Shown here in pieces: positions 12,165 through 24,299 of a stretch of 64,000 nucleotides of DNA. The stretch lies in the NCBI RefSeq assembly GCF_002113885.1, contig NW_018408761.1, positions 997,580-1,061,579 of the forward strand, written 5' to 3'. This DNA is from Mizuhopecten yessoensis (Eukaryota). How positions within the stretch are numbered: the first letter of the stretch is position 1; every line of letters begins with the position of its first letter. The translations under genes were made by a program, and so were the position numbers. The notes beneath the pieces are model-generated. The model was given only the letters and a program-made list of their open reading frames with translations, was not told where the DNA came from and ran no database searches.

Positions 12165-12885
12165 GTTTGTAATGAGGTTTTTTCCTGAATAAAATAAATA
12201 CCACTAGAATCCATTATATTATTTCTAAAGTCAATCAGTTTGTGCAAGGCTGATTAGAAACAAGTTGAGTTTTGGTGATAACCTACCAAAAATATCAAAT
12301 TTTCTTCACCTTTTATAATACCAGCTCTCTGTGTTTTCTCGACAGTCTCCACTTATGGATGTGTCAATATCTAAATCAAACATTTTCTCTTCTACCTCTT
12401 TTCATTAATTTTTGCTTTAATTATTTGCCTGTTCTATGACTGTTTTGACTCTCCTTATGCCTTTGTGAAATTAATAGCCCATTAAAATCACATCATTCAA
12501 TAAATCAGGAGTCCTTTATTAAACCTGAAAAACTTCTATTAAGGCACTCTCTGCTTTAATTCGGCTGTTGATAGGACGTTAAACATACTAAACCAAACCA
12601 AACCATTGTGAAATATTTTTTTCATTAGAATACTATTATTCCAAAAGCAGATATCATCACTAACTTATCTGTCATTCCATACCATTATTGTGTGTGTTTC
12701 ATTGTTGGACAGGGAATAAAAAGTTGTGTATAGTTGCTAAGAAGTAAATACACCACTTAAAAGTACTTTTTTCGAGGACTTAACTTGGATTCACATTTGA
12801 AAATTCCTCGTAGTTACTTATAATGTGAAAACTTTTAGAAGAAATTAAGGTGTTCTTTTCGTAACCAAATTTTCCTTGTCCTCAG

Positions 12886-13014
12886 TGTTGAGGTGAAGAA
12901 TATCTACAGTGTCTGTCGCACATTGGAGGAGCTGGAATTTCAGTCGGACATTGGAAATGTAACCTCACTGATGCACGCATCTTCCACACATAACTTCCTA
13001 GGAATAATGTCTAG
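12886..13014 (+). CDS. PARP4: PARP4 exon 9, catalytic domain with the H of the H-Y-E triad (SVEVKNIYSVCRTLEELEFQSDIGNVTSLMHASSTHNFLGIMSR).
   Basis: Aligns to human PVDVLQIFRVGRVNETTEFLSKLGNVRPLLHGSPVQNIVGILCR. Confidence 0.85.
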
Positions 13015-13199
13015 GTGAGTTTATCATGCTTTACTATATTGACACAAGGACAAGGTAGCTAAAATCATGTCAAATCATATTTTCACCTAGGTAACCTTTT
13101 TAAGTTTTTGAGAAAAGTTTTGTATGACAAACTTTATTTTCTACAAAAAGAAAATATGAATTGAATGGCAATGGTATCCTTTAATTTTTTCCAATTTAG

Positions 13200-13298
13200 G
13201 GGTTTGTTGCTGCCGAACCTTGTGGAAAGCTCATTTGGGGTCACCCGAACAGATAGAGGCATGCTGGGATGTGGAATATACTTCTCTAACTCTGCCAG
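13200..13298 (+). CDS. PARP4: PARP4 exon 10, catalytic domain with the Y of the triad (RGLLLPNLVESSFGVTRTDRGMLGCGIYFSNSAR).
   Basis: Near-colinear with human RGLLLPKVVEDRGVQRTDVGNLGSGIYFSDSLST. Confidence 0.9.
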
Positions 13299-13845
13299 GT
13301 AATTAATGATTGAATATTAAGTCAGAACCATTATAAACATAATTGCATAGGTTTTTATTTATAAGTAATTACGTCTCAATATCATGTGTAAAATTATATT
13401 GGACACAAACAGTAACATCTACAGTTGCCCTGGGTAACCGATGTTGTGCAACATCTCGAGAAAGTTGTCTGTTGCTGTTGGAATATTGCTAGACTATATT
13501 ATTCTCTATGTAATTTTATCTGCTATATATGCATGAAGTTACTGATAATGATAATAATAAAACTACTCTGATATCTAGAGATATAGATACAATCAAATTT
13601 CAGTATCTGATTCTGTTTTCTAAACTTGATCATTCTCACCTTTCTGAAATTATTTAAATGTAATTTCGAATTATTGAACAAAATTTAATTATGTCTATAG
13701 TTAATATCTTAAGAAATATATACAATATACTTTCAGACCTATATCTATAGCTGACAGTGAAGATACAAAGGAAACATTTCAAATAATCAATCTTTGTCTG
13801 TAATGATTTGATTGTAATGTCTAATGCACTTTCTCTGTCGTACAG

Positions 13846-14029
13846 CACTTGTTTAAAGTACTCCGTTCCGAGTCCCATCTATGGGTGTCGCCTTCTCCTG
13901 GTATGTGAGGTGGCACTGGGCCGACAGTGTCCTTACACAAGTACTGACTACTCCCTCACAGCATCTCCCACTGGTTACCATAGCACCCATGGGGTCAAAA
14001 GGTCATCTGATGTCAACAGTCACTTTGAG
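13846..14029 (+). CDS. PARP4: PARP4 exon 11, catalytic domain (STCLKYSVPSPIYGCRLLLVCEVALGRQC...GYHSTHGVKRSSDVNSHFE).
   Basis: Aligns to human SIKYSHPGETDGTRLLLICDVALGKC...PPGYDSVHGVSQTASVTTDFE. Confidence 0.85.
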
Positions 14030-14403
14030 GTCAGTATGATATTTGATGTTAGTATGATATTTTATCTCAATCAGATGAGGTACAATTTACCTCTAACCTG
14101 TAAGCAAAATAATGATTATGTTTTTTTTCTATCATTCTGCTCAATTATGTTTTTTGGAGTCCCCTACTAGTACTAAGTGAAGGACTAAGATAGGTTTGCA
14201 ATTCATCTGTCCATCTGTCTGTCCTTTATGGGACCCTTTGCTTTTACTTCAAACCTTTAACTACAAATGTAGGACTAAATTTGTTCTTTGACCATGGAAA
14301 TGATAGTTCAAGTTATTCTTATATATTTAACTTTTTGCCTTTTATCTGGAAAATATCGGTTAAGATATTATCCTTGAATGTCTGTCCTTTAATTGTTGAC
14401 CAG

Positions 14404-14563
14404 GATGATGAGTTTGTGGTGTACAGTCCGAGACAACAAAGGATCCGGTATGTGGTGGAGTTTTCTCTCCCTGAGGATCCCAAGGTGGCCGTCCCCTCGC
14501 TCAGCCTCCAGTCTGACAAAGACACCGAAAACGAAGACCTCTCCAGCAACCTAGCTGATATTG
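14404..14563 (+). CDS. PARP4: PARP4 exon 12, catalytic domain with the E of the triad (DDEFVVYSPRQQRIRYVVEFSLPEDPK...).
   Basis: Aligns to human DDEFVVYKTNQVKMKYIIKFSMPGDQ. Donor G|GTAAGA. Confidence 0.85.
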
Positions 14564-14649
14564 GTAAGAGCTATATTTTTTACCATTTTTTCTCTTTTGG
14601 TCATCTAACAAATAGCAGTCAGGCACATATTTAACCCTTGTCAATTTTT

Positions 14650-16212
14650 TAGGTCACCTGGTTGGATTTTTTTCAAACTTGGTCAGAATCATCCTTGGTA
14701 GATGAGGCTACAAAATTGTAAAATTGGGATTCCTACCCCAACCCCTGGGGCCAGGGCGGGGCCCCAAAGGGAAAATTAACCAATATTTCAAAAATCTTCT
14801 TCTTCAGACTCAGAGGTACTACATTTTCTCTACACGAAAAGAAAGATCATCAGTGGCTTTACTTAAATTGTAAATTTCAGGACCCCCAAGCTATCCGTTC
14901 TCCCTTGGGGAGGGGGTAAAGTTTACTATAGTTTATATAGGGAAATAACACTTTTGGGTATATTTTGACAACTTTCTGTAGGAAATTATTTTTACTTGGT
15001 GAGAATTATCCTTGGAGGTAGATGGTTTCAAATTGTAAAATTGAGATTCCTACCCCGACCCCTGGGGCCAGGGCGGGGCCCCAAAGGGAAAATTAATCAA
15101 TATTTCAAAAATCTTCTTCTCCAGACTCAGAGGTACTACAGTGATTTTCTCTACGTGGAAAGAAAGATCATCAGGGGCTTTACTTAAATTGTAAATTTCA
15201 GGACCCCCGAGCTATCCGTTCTCCCTTGGGGAGGGGGTAAAGTTTACTATAGTTTATATAGGGAAATAACACTTTTGGGTATATTTTGACAACTTTCTGT
15301 AGGAAATTATTTTTACTTGGTGAGAATTATCCTTGGAGGTAGATGGTTTCAAATTGTAAAATTGAGATTCCTACCCCGACCCCTGGGGCCAGGGCGGGGC
15401 CCCAAAGGGAAAATTAATCAATATTTCAAAAATCTTCTTCTCCAGACTCAGAGGTACTACAGTGATTTTCTCTACGTGGAAAGAAAGATCATCAGGGGCT
15501 TTACTTAAATTGTAAATTTCAGGACCCCCGAGCTATCCGTTCTCCCTTGGGGAGGGGGTAAAGTTTACTATAGTTTATATAGGGAAATAACACTTTTGGG
15601 TATATTTTGACAACTTTCTGTAGGAAATTATTTTTACTTGGTGAGAATTATCCTTGGAGGTAGATGGTTTCAAATTGTAAAATTGAGATTCCTACCCCGA
15701 CCCCTGGGGCCAGGGCGGGGCCCCAAAGGGAAAATTAACCAATATTTCAAAAATCTTCTTCTCCAGACTCAGAGGTATTACAGTCATTTTCTCTGCATGG
15801 ATGGAAAGATCACCAGGGGTTTTATTTAAATTGTAAATTTCAGGACCCCCGAGCTATCCGTTCTCCCTTGGGGAGGGGGTAAAGTTTACTATAGTTTATA
15901 TAGGGAAATAACACTTTTGGATATATATTTTATCCATTTTCAGCAGAAAATTACTCAAACTTAGTCAGAATCATCTTTGGTGAATGAGAGTATTACTTTG
16001 GGAATCCTGTCCCATCCCCAGGGGCTAGGGCGGGGCCCCAAAGGGAACATTTACCAATATTTTCAAATTCTTATCCTTTGATGTCATGACAAGTATTGTA
16101 TTTCACTTAGTTTACATGCTGATTTCCACTTCACATCTAAACAATAAAATAAAGCTACCAGTACCTATGATATAACTCAGGTGACCGCTAAGGCCCTTGG
16201 GCCTCTTGTTTT
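14650..16212 (+). mobile_element. HINE-like element, type F, carrying 4.6 tandem copies of a 321-bp monomer. It begins 87 bp after the exon-12 donor.
   Basis: Head ttttttAGGTCACCTGG, period-321 copies at 14640, 14961, 15282, 15603 and 15924, and tail CAGGTGACCGCTAAGGCCCTTGGGCCTCTTGTT. Confidence 0.7.
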
Positions 16213-18305
16213 TAAATGAATTGAAAAAACCTATACCATCAAACCTCATTAATCAAGTCTCTTTGGTTCTAAAATATTTTCCAGATTATTATACCCTAGT
16301 CAACTAATCGTTGAGGGTATATAGGGATCTGCCCGTACATTTTTTCATCCTACGTACATAGGTGTCCCAAATGGTGTCACTGCTCTACAGACTTCATTTC
16401 TTATTTGTTTTTCACAAAATTTTACACACATTTTGCAAACATCATTTCTTATTCAAAAAATGGTAGTTTCTACTTCTGCTTAGCGCTCAGCATTTTGGAA
16501 GTGGGACAACTGATTCGCCCAATGTCAGTATAATGTGACCGGGTGAGGTGTCCTGTTGGATGTCTTCGGTAGAATGCTTTAGTGCGGTAGTACTATAAAG
16601 TTGACATCAGTTCGCGCTATCACAAGAGGACAAACACGAACATAACACTTCACGCATGCATCTCGCACACCACAAAAATATATGCCGTCTCATCCCTGAT
16701 GTCGTGTATAATGTCGTGTATACACGACAATTAAGAGACTTTGGTGTTACCTGCCTTATTTTTAGCTAGTAATTGCACACGAAAGTCGCGTAATCAAATT
16801 AATTGTCGCTAAAATCACCACCCACTATTTGGAAAAAAAAAAAAATTTATAGGTGCAGGGTACACATTTTTCATCATGTGACCTATTGTTTTCAAATTTC
16901 CCACAAGATTTTTGCATTTACTGGTCTCCAACATACACAATATGGCGGCGACTTAATTCGGTACGAACACTCGTAATATTATCACTAATTATGTAATGAG
17001 ACTTTTGGAAGTAAATAGGAATATTATGTACAATAGTTGTTATATATGTACCAAAGAAAGGAAGCTATCTGGATACGCCGCAGTGGGCCAGTTCTAAATC
17101 GAGACGAGGGGGCTCAAAGACTCTCACGTCTATGACCAAGTGTTAACAAAGCGTAGCTGAACTGAGTCATTTCGGTACATATATAACAACTATTGTACAT
17201 ATACGTTTCCAGCGTAGCCGAAATCGACATAGATTTTATGGATAACTCGTACACATTTTACACCTTTGTGTGCATATGCTTCATTGGTCATTTGTCTGAT
17301 GAAGGTGACAGTGTACATATCGTACTAGTCATCGAAACGTCACATAGAAAATGTTATTGGTTGTGTAAAAAGAACTTCTCATAATCCATACTTACCAACC
17401 TGATTTTTTTTTTTAGAAAAAACAAAAGGAATCATATTGTTCGTGCCGGACAAATGTCGATTTCTCATTCATAATCAGTTGCAAGTTAGTCATAATGCTT
17501 CAGAAATGAAGATGTGTATGTCTTTAAACAATTCCATAAAACAGTAACAACATTTGTTCACGGTTACCTGTTTATTTCTTGCAGCAGTTACACCTCGTCT
17601 TAAAAGTACATTAATAATCCGCCATTTTTTTATATGTGCGGGGGCGATTTTAGTAAGGACATCGGATACGGAATCCGGACTGGAGTTGCGGTACGGAAGT
17701 AGTTAAACAATACAAACCAAACCTTATCCGATTGTCACGAAACTTCACACACCATAGACCATTTGATTAGGAATCTGCTGGGTTATTAATCTAACAGACT
17801 TTTATCACTATTCTAGTATTTATTGTAAGATTGACCACTTCAAAACTGTAATACAGATTTTTAATTCACACTTCTTAAAACCATTTATAATGAAGTGTTT
17901 TTTGGAGGAATCTGTATAGTTTTAATGAGCAACTGTTCAAGCTGTAAATTGCTTTCAATTTCATTTTTTCTCTGTTAATGAAATGAAGTTCATCTATAGT
18001 GGACATGGCTTTAAAATTTACAAATCGCATTCAAGATTAGATATTAGACAAATTTTGTTTACACAGAGAACTGTTGATTTATAGAACAATCTTCCGTCTA
18101 ATGTTGCCGGTTCAAGCATAGTTAAACAATATAAACAATAAGATGAACACTGGCAACACCAAATGCAGAAATACAGTGTTGAAGAAAAAATCGAAATCTT
18201 AATGTCAAAACTTGTGAAATATGTTTTTATTAAAATATTTTTTATTTAAGAGCTGACTATCAAAGGATTGTAAAATCCTAATTTTTCAACTAACCAATTT
18301 TTCAG

Positions 18306-18433
18306 ACATATCTGATGTTAAAGACCTTCCAGACCCTCTCCAGAAAGTCCCTGGGGGCCTGATTGGGGGTAAAAAATCAGTACCTCTCAAGTGTGTCCAT
18401 ATCAGGGCCAGTATGCTGGACATGGTGGCTAAG
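18306..18433 (+). CDS. PARP4: PARP4 exon 13 (DISDVKDLPDPLQKVPGGLIGGKKSVPLKCVHIRASMLDMVAK), start of the VIT domain.
   Basis: Aligns to human GNLVPLEDVHIKGRIIDTVAQ. Acceptor tttttcag, donor GTCAGT. Confidence 0.8.
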
Positions 18434-18650
18434 GTCAGTGAAATGCCAGAAACATCTGTGTTAAAAGTAAATCCATAGTTTTACAGATCAGACCTCTGTA
18501 AGTAATAAGTGAATGGTTTAAGGTTGGTCCATAAATATGAGGAGATGGAGTTGGTAGGTACTAATCTTTGTGTCCCCACCTGCTGCAATTAGTTTTTTGC
18601 ACAATTTCTGTCTTACTCTGATCTGTAAATTCTTTGGATCATTTAAATCA

Positions 18651-19403
18651 ATGGGCAGGTGAGCTAATGCCATGGCACAGCGTTCGTCGTTCTTCGTCCA
18701 TCCATCCATCAACTTTTCCTTTAAAACACTACTTGTCCTGAATGGCCTAGTAGATTTTGACTAAATTTGGTCTGGAGCATCTTTAGGCTAAGGGGACTCA
18801 ATGTTATATAAATGGTGGGTGTGGACTCCCTTGGGGCAGACGGGTGGGGACGAATAGGGGAAATTGAGGTAAAACATTTAAAATCCTTCTTCTACCATAG
18901 CAATTAAGGGATTATATCTTAATTTGGTCTGGAGCATCCTTGGACTAAGGGGACTCAATGTTGTATAAACGGTGGGTTTAGACCCCCTTGGGGCAGAGGG
19001 GTGGGGCCAAATAGGGGAAATAGAGGTAAACTTTTAATATATTTCTTTTACCATAGGGATCAAGGGATTTCATCCCAATTTATTTTTGGAGCATCCTTGG
19101 GCCAAGGGGACTCAATTTTATATAATTGGTGGGTTTGGACCTCCCTGGGGCAGAGTTGCATCACCCAATAGGGGAAATAGAGGTAAAAAACTTTGAAATC
19201 CTGCTTATACAATAGGGATCAATGGATTTCCGGGTGAGGCCTCTCTGGGTGCTGAGAGTTGCGGGGCCAAATAGGCAAAAGAGAAATTCGAGGTTTTAAT
19301 CTTTAAATTCTTTCTTCTTCTCCATTGGAGGGATTTTATGTAATAAAAATAATTTCCCATTATTGCTTTATTATCCAGGTGAGCGATACTGGGCCTCTTG
19401 TTT
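18651..19403 (+). mobile_element. HINE-like element, type C, with a ~190-bp monomer (ggggactcaatgttgtataaa...ggggcagaggggtggggccaaatagggg) x3.5. The left end is truncated.
   Basis: Tail CCAGGTGAGCGATACTGGGCCTCTTGTTTT at 19375-19403. Confidence 0.6.
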
Positions 19404-19410
19404 TACTTTC

Positions 19411-19600
19411 AATTATCAACTCAGATACATACAAACACTGTTAATGTTTTATCACAGATTCATACAAACACTGTTAATGTTTTATCACAGATACATACAA
19501 ACACTGTTAATGTTTTATTACAGTTACATACAAACACTGTTAATGTTTTATCACAGATACATACAAACACTGTTAATGTTTTATCACAAGAACTACTCTT
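19411..19600. repeat. 31-bp minisatellite (agatacatacaaacactgttaatgttttatcac) x6, ending 8 bp before the acceptor of PARP4 exon 14.
   Basis: Direct reading. ORFs 19363-19752, 19398-19637 and 19460-19711 are artifacts within it. Confidence 0.85.
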
Positions 19601-19608
19601 TGTTCCAG

Positions 19609-19735
19609 GTTGTGGTTCTCCAGAAATACAGAAATGACAACGACTCGGCGATCGAGGCCAAGTACATCTTCCCACTGGATGACACAGCAGCTGTTTGTGG
19701 GTTTGAAGCATTCATTAATGGAAAACACATTGTTG
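19609..19735 (+). CDS. PARP4: PARP4 exon 14, VIT domain (VVVLQKYRNDNDSAIEAKYIFPLDDTAAVCGFEAFINGKHIVG).
   Basis: EAKYIFPLDD.AAVCGFEAFINGKHIVGE is essentially identical to human PARP4. Confidence 0.95.
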
Positions 19736-20030
19736 GTGAGTCATACATTTGATTATTAAAAACATTTTAAGATAAACATGGTCTGCTTATTAACAGTGTC
19801 CAGAGATTTTAATAATGTTTTGAATCAGGACTGTAGGATTGTACATTTTAATTAGTTGTATTAAACTCTATACCATATCAATGTGAAGCTAGTGAGACAT
19901 GTTTGCCAGCACTTTGTGGGCAAGATTTTGAGTGTCTTAAATATCATACTGAATTCTACACAAATGGTAAATAACTAATTATTGTATGAAAAAGAAAATT
20001 ACCAAATTTTGTGGACTGATTCGTTTTCAG

Positions 20031-20122
20031 GTAAGGTGAAGGAAAAGAAGACTGCCCACAAAGAGTACAAGGAGGCTATCAGTAAAGGACATGGTGCCTA
20101 CCTCATGGATGAGGAGGAGCCG
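20031..20122 (+). CDS. PARP4: PARP4 exon 15 (GKVKEKKTAHKEYKEAISKGHGAYLMDEEEP).
   Basis: Aligns to human EIKEKEEAQQEYLEAVTQGHGAYLMSQDAP. Confidence 0.9.
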
Positions 20123-20573
20123 GTAAGATTATATAAACACCCATAACTGTCAACCCCTGCCTCATTAGGAGGAAGACCTCCTCATTTTGACCAAAATTTA
20201 CCAATTTCCCTCATTCAAGTCCAAACTCACACAAACGCAAAATCTACATCCTGTGGTCAAATGATCTCCTAGTTACTGCAGGGCGGTTGAGACGATCCTA
20301 ACAGGTATGTGTGAATCAAATGAAGTTTTTTTGGAGCTTATTTATTTGATGCATTAAAAGGGGAAAATAAATTGAGCAAATCAGTTTCTGTCATGTTTCA
20401 CACACTTTCCCCCTCGTTTGAAATGTGGAATGAGAGATCCCTGTCATTGGAGGTTTCAGAGGCTGACACCTACAAATACAGGGCAGACTTTTGTGTTCAT
20501 TCATGAGTCGTGGTGTATTTTGTTTTAATTGAATACTGTAAACATACACATTTTGGCAAACTTTTGATTTTTT

Positions 20574-21493
20574 AACTCACCTGCCCGAAGGGCAAGTGAG
20601 CTTATGCCATGGTGCGGCGTCCGTCGTCTGTCGTCCGTCTGTCCGGCGTCAACTTTTTACTTTAAACAACTTCTTTTCAGTAACCAAAAGGCCTAGGATG
20701 ATGATATTTGGCCAGTAGCATGCTGGGATGAAGGGCTACCAATTTTGTTCAAATGAATGACCTTGACCAATGTTCAAGGTCACAGGGGTCAAATGTCTTT
20801 AAATATTCAAACAACTTCTGCTCAATAACCAAAAGGCCCAGTGTACTGATATTGGGCCTGTAGCATGCTGGGATGAAGGACTGCCAAGTTTGTTCAAATG
20901 AATGACCTTGACCAACTTTCAAGGTCAAAGGGGTCAAATGTCTTAAAATCTTCAAACAACCTCTTCTCAATAACCAAAAGGCCAATGGAACTGATATTAG
21001 GCCTGTATCATGCTGGGATGAAGGGCTACCAAGTTTGTTCAAATAAATGACCTTGACCAACTTTGAAGGTCACTGGGGTCAGATGTCTTAAAATCTTCAA
21101 ACAACTTCTTCTCAATAACCAAAAGGCCCACGGTACTGATATTGAACCTGTAGCATGCTGGGATGAAGGACTACCAAGTTTGTTAAAATGAATGACCTTG
21201 ACCAATTTTCAGGGTCACAGGGGTCAAATGTCTTTAAATCTTCAAACGACTTCTTCTCAATAACCAAAAGGCCCAGGGTACTGAAATTGGACCTGTAGCA
21301 TGCTGGGATGAAGGACTACCAAGTTTGTTCAAATGAATGACCTTGACCAACTTTCAACCTAATGTCCTTGTTTGACAATCAAGGTCACAGGCATCATATG
21401 TTTAAATCTTTTAATAGGTTCTTATGAAATCTTATGATTACAAGTGTGAGATTAATACCAGGTGAGCGATGCAGGCCCATTGGGCCTCTTGTT
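20574..21493 (+). mobile_element. HINE-like element, type A. Head is AACTCACCTGCCCGAAGGGCAAGTGAGCTTATGCCATGG, a hairpin palindrome, with five ~160-bp monomers and tail CCAGGTGAGCGATGCAGGCCCATTGGGCCTCTTGTTT.
   Basis: A 10-bp inverted repeat, GCTCACCTGG / CCAGGTGAGC, lies at the two ends. Confidence 0.7.
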
Positions 21494-21954
21494 TAATGGA
21501 CTAATCCATTGATGAATGGGCACATCAACCAAATAAACTTCAATTTAGTGCAATCATAAAATTACACTAAGAAGCACTAAAATGTGAAATTACTGCTAAA
21601 ATATGTTCATTTCCAGTATCTTATAAAAAAATAATTAATTCAGGCGACATATTGCTCTTATTCCTTTTGCAAGATCTAATTAATTCCGAATTATCCTTGG
21701 GAGTAAGTTGTTGAAAAAAACAATCATGAAAAGAAGTATTTACAAAATTTAATGCTTTACAGTTTTTGTCTAAACATTGTCTGTAAACCTGAACCTTAAG
21801 TAGGTAGGAAAATCAAATTGTATTACAGATTTGCCGAAGCACTGTTTAAAAAAAGAATTCCTGAATAAATAGACTTTTCCCAGGAAAAGAATTTACGTTC
21901 TAAATCTGAAGATGAGTTAGAAATATGTCAGTGATTTTTGTCTTTGTATGACAG

Positions 21955-22119
21955 GATGTGTTTACAGTTAGCGTGGGTAACTTGCCACCTAAGTCAGATG
22001 TCCTGATCAAGATTACCTATATCACAGAGCTACAGGTGGAGGGAGAGAGCATCGCGTTCAGAGTGCCAGCCTCTGTTGCTCCATGGGTCAAAGATACAGC
22101 ACTGGCACAGCAGACTCAG
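21955..22119 (+). CDS. PARP4: PARP4 exon 16 (DVFTVSVGNLPPKSDVLIKITYITELQVEGESIAFRVPASVAPW...).
   Basis: DVFTVSVGNLPPK..VLIKITYITEL is identical to human. Confidence 0.95.
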
Positions 22120-22647
22120 GTGAGTGGTTCTCTTGTATAGAGATAATTTCAATATATGCTGTCCAAATTATCTTATTACAGCACATGGACTTAGGTACTG
22201 GTATATGCAGTCAGCTTACCTTGATGCCTCATACAAATGTGATGTACTTTTAAGAAAGTTTATTATCTCCAGTCTACCACAGAGCTTTATACCAGAATAG
22301 TCCATCAGCTATAACTCCCAGCCGTAGGTTCTTTGTTACAATGCATGTAAAAGACATCTGTAGAGGTTGATATCATTACTGAGGCTGCTTACTTCAAGAG
22401 TGACTAATGAGATGAGCAACATATGAAATATGTAGAAAGCTGCTGTCCTTACGTTTGTCTTGGGAAAGTTTTATATTCTATTTACTTTAAAGCAAATATA
22501 GCTTGTTCACAATATCAGAAAAAAAATGTTCCGACTCTATCGACCAACAAATTTTAAGTCTGGAAGCAGTCACATCTTTGAAAATATTTTTTCATATCTA
22601 AAAATTTAACATAAAAAGTATTACAGATGTTTATTTAACTTTTCAAG

Positions 22648-22770
22648 GTTGACCTTGACACACTCAAGATCCAAGATGGTGGAAGGTCATCACTGTCACT
22701 ACAGGTTTCCATGGAGATGCCTTTTGATATACGCAATGTTATGTCACCAACGCACCTGGTCAAATACAAG
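22648..22770 (+). CDS. PARP4: PARP4 exon 17 (VDLDTLKIQDGGRSSLSLQVSMEMPFDIRNVMSPTHLVKYK).
   Basis: Aligns to human QSFSLTMSIEMPYVIEFIFSDTHELKQK. Confidence 0.85.
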
Positions 22771-22974
22771 GTAAATATTGTAGATAGAGCTGTCATACCT
22801 TTAAATACAAGGGAAATTCCCATTGGGATTAAGATTTTGTTTTGTTATATGAAAGTGAGGTTAGGTTTTTATACTTAATATGTAAAACCGATTATATAGC
22901 TTACTTACCATATTTCCAAACTATCATACATCTCTGGTGTAATTTTACGTACATTGGAATACTTTTTTGAATAG

Positions 22975-23109
22975 AAAACAGCCACAAAAGCCGTAGTAGA
23001 GCTCCCAAGGAATGCCCGACTGGACGATGGTTTTATTCTCCTGGTCACCTTGGCTGAAATCCATGTACCCCGTATGTGGGTGGAGAGACATCCAACCAAG
23101 GGCAGTCAG
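22975..23109 (+). CDS. PARP4: PARP4 exon 18 (KTATKAVVELPRNARLDDGFILLVTLAEIHVPRMWVERHPTKGSQ).
   Basis: Aligns to human TDCKAVIST...YLPRMWVEKHPEKESE. Confidence 0.85.
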
Positions 23110-23720
23110 GTAAGTGACATGATCAGTCATTGGGAAAAACACCCATTGGACCTTAAGCTTGTCTACATGGGGAATTTTCATTTATCCTGAATGATTGCTG
23201 TCTCTATGTTTAAAAAACATTTTTTCAAGGGGTTAAATCTGGCAAACCTGCAAAGGTTTATGCAAGCATTGTCATGGCTCATCAAAAAACAAACTGGGTT
23301 TATATATCTATTTGATTAATAAAACTTCTGGTCCAACTGAACTATTTAGGATGCGAGAAACATGAACATCCAGCTCCTTACTCGACCAGGGCCGTTTTCG
23401 TTTAAACGGTTGAACTGGTCAGACCACAGTTGTTCGTTCATGAAATAAGGTCAGACCTAGTAATCTAATGCTGCTTAAAACATATGCAGGTCCGCCAGGA
23501 TCTATACCCGAAACTGTTGCATTTAAAAATGGACAAACAGGTTGTTCCACATAAACAAACAGGCCCCAGATGTCAAAATCCAGCTTGAACAGTTTGAAAG
23601 GAAATTTTATTGAGGCAGTCTTTAAATGTTTATATAATTTTTTGTAATGAGTGGTGTCGGAGTTATCTGTGATTTTTTGCCCTGGATAAACGATTTTAGA
23701 TTTTTGTGGCTTTTCAATAG

Positions 23721-23840
23721 GCTTGTATGCTGGCGTTCTACCCCGAGTTTGAGGCGGAGTTAGAGGAGGACCCCGAGATTGTATTCCTGCTGGACATGTC
23801 TAATTCCATGAAGGGTCAGTCAGCTCGAGATGCAAAAAAG
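23721..23840 (+). CDS. PARP4: PARP4 exon 19, start of the vWA domain (ACMLAFYPEFEAELEEDPEIVFLLDMSNSMKGQSARDAKK).
   Basis: Aligns to human ACMLVFQPDLDVDLP...VIICLDCSSSMEG. The DxSxS MIDAS motif is present. Confidence 0.9.
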
Positions 23841-24158
23841 GTAGGTTACAAGGATAAGCAAGTTCAAGTAAGGTCATGATAGATTGAAAAGTTTGAAACC
23901 TAATTTTGATCAATTTAGAATGTCAGAACCAATGTCTTTAAATGATAAAAATTTTACATTGTACCTAAAGGTTAACATAAGGGGAAAACATTAAAACTGT
24001 TATCTGTTTTTAGGTGTATATTGGGTATGAAAAGTATTGTGATAAGGCAAACCATATTTAAATCTTTATTTAACTCATCTGTTTTAGCTGAATATAAGGT
24101 ATGAGATCAGGTATTGTGATAACAAACAATAGTATACAGGTGATTACTTAACCAACAG

Positions 24159-24299
24159 GTGTTCCTGTTAGCTGTTGAAAAGTTACCAGAGAAAGCCCTC
24201 ATCAATGTAGTCAGTTTTGGCACATCTTACTCGGAACTCTTTCCTTCACCTCAAAAGATGACAAAACAGACTTTACAGAAAGTTACAGAATTTGTACAG
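24159..24299 (+). CDS. PARP4: PARP4 exon 20, vWA domain (VFLLAVEKLPEKALINVVSFGTSYSELFPSPQKMTKQTLQKVTEFVQ).
   Basis: Aligns to human IALHALSLVGEKQKVNIIQFGTGYKELFSYPKHITSNT. Confidence 0.85.

Noticed and set aside
14996-15829. Three identical 63-aa plus-strand ORFs (MVRIILGGRWFQIVKLRF...)
   Set aside because: They are copies of the 321-bp satellite monomer inside an F-type element. They are periodic, intronic and show no coding features.
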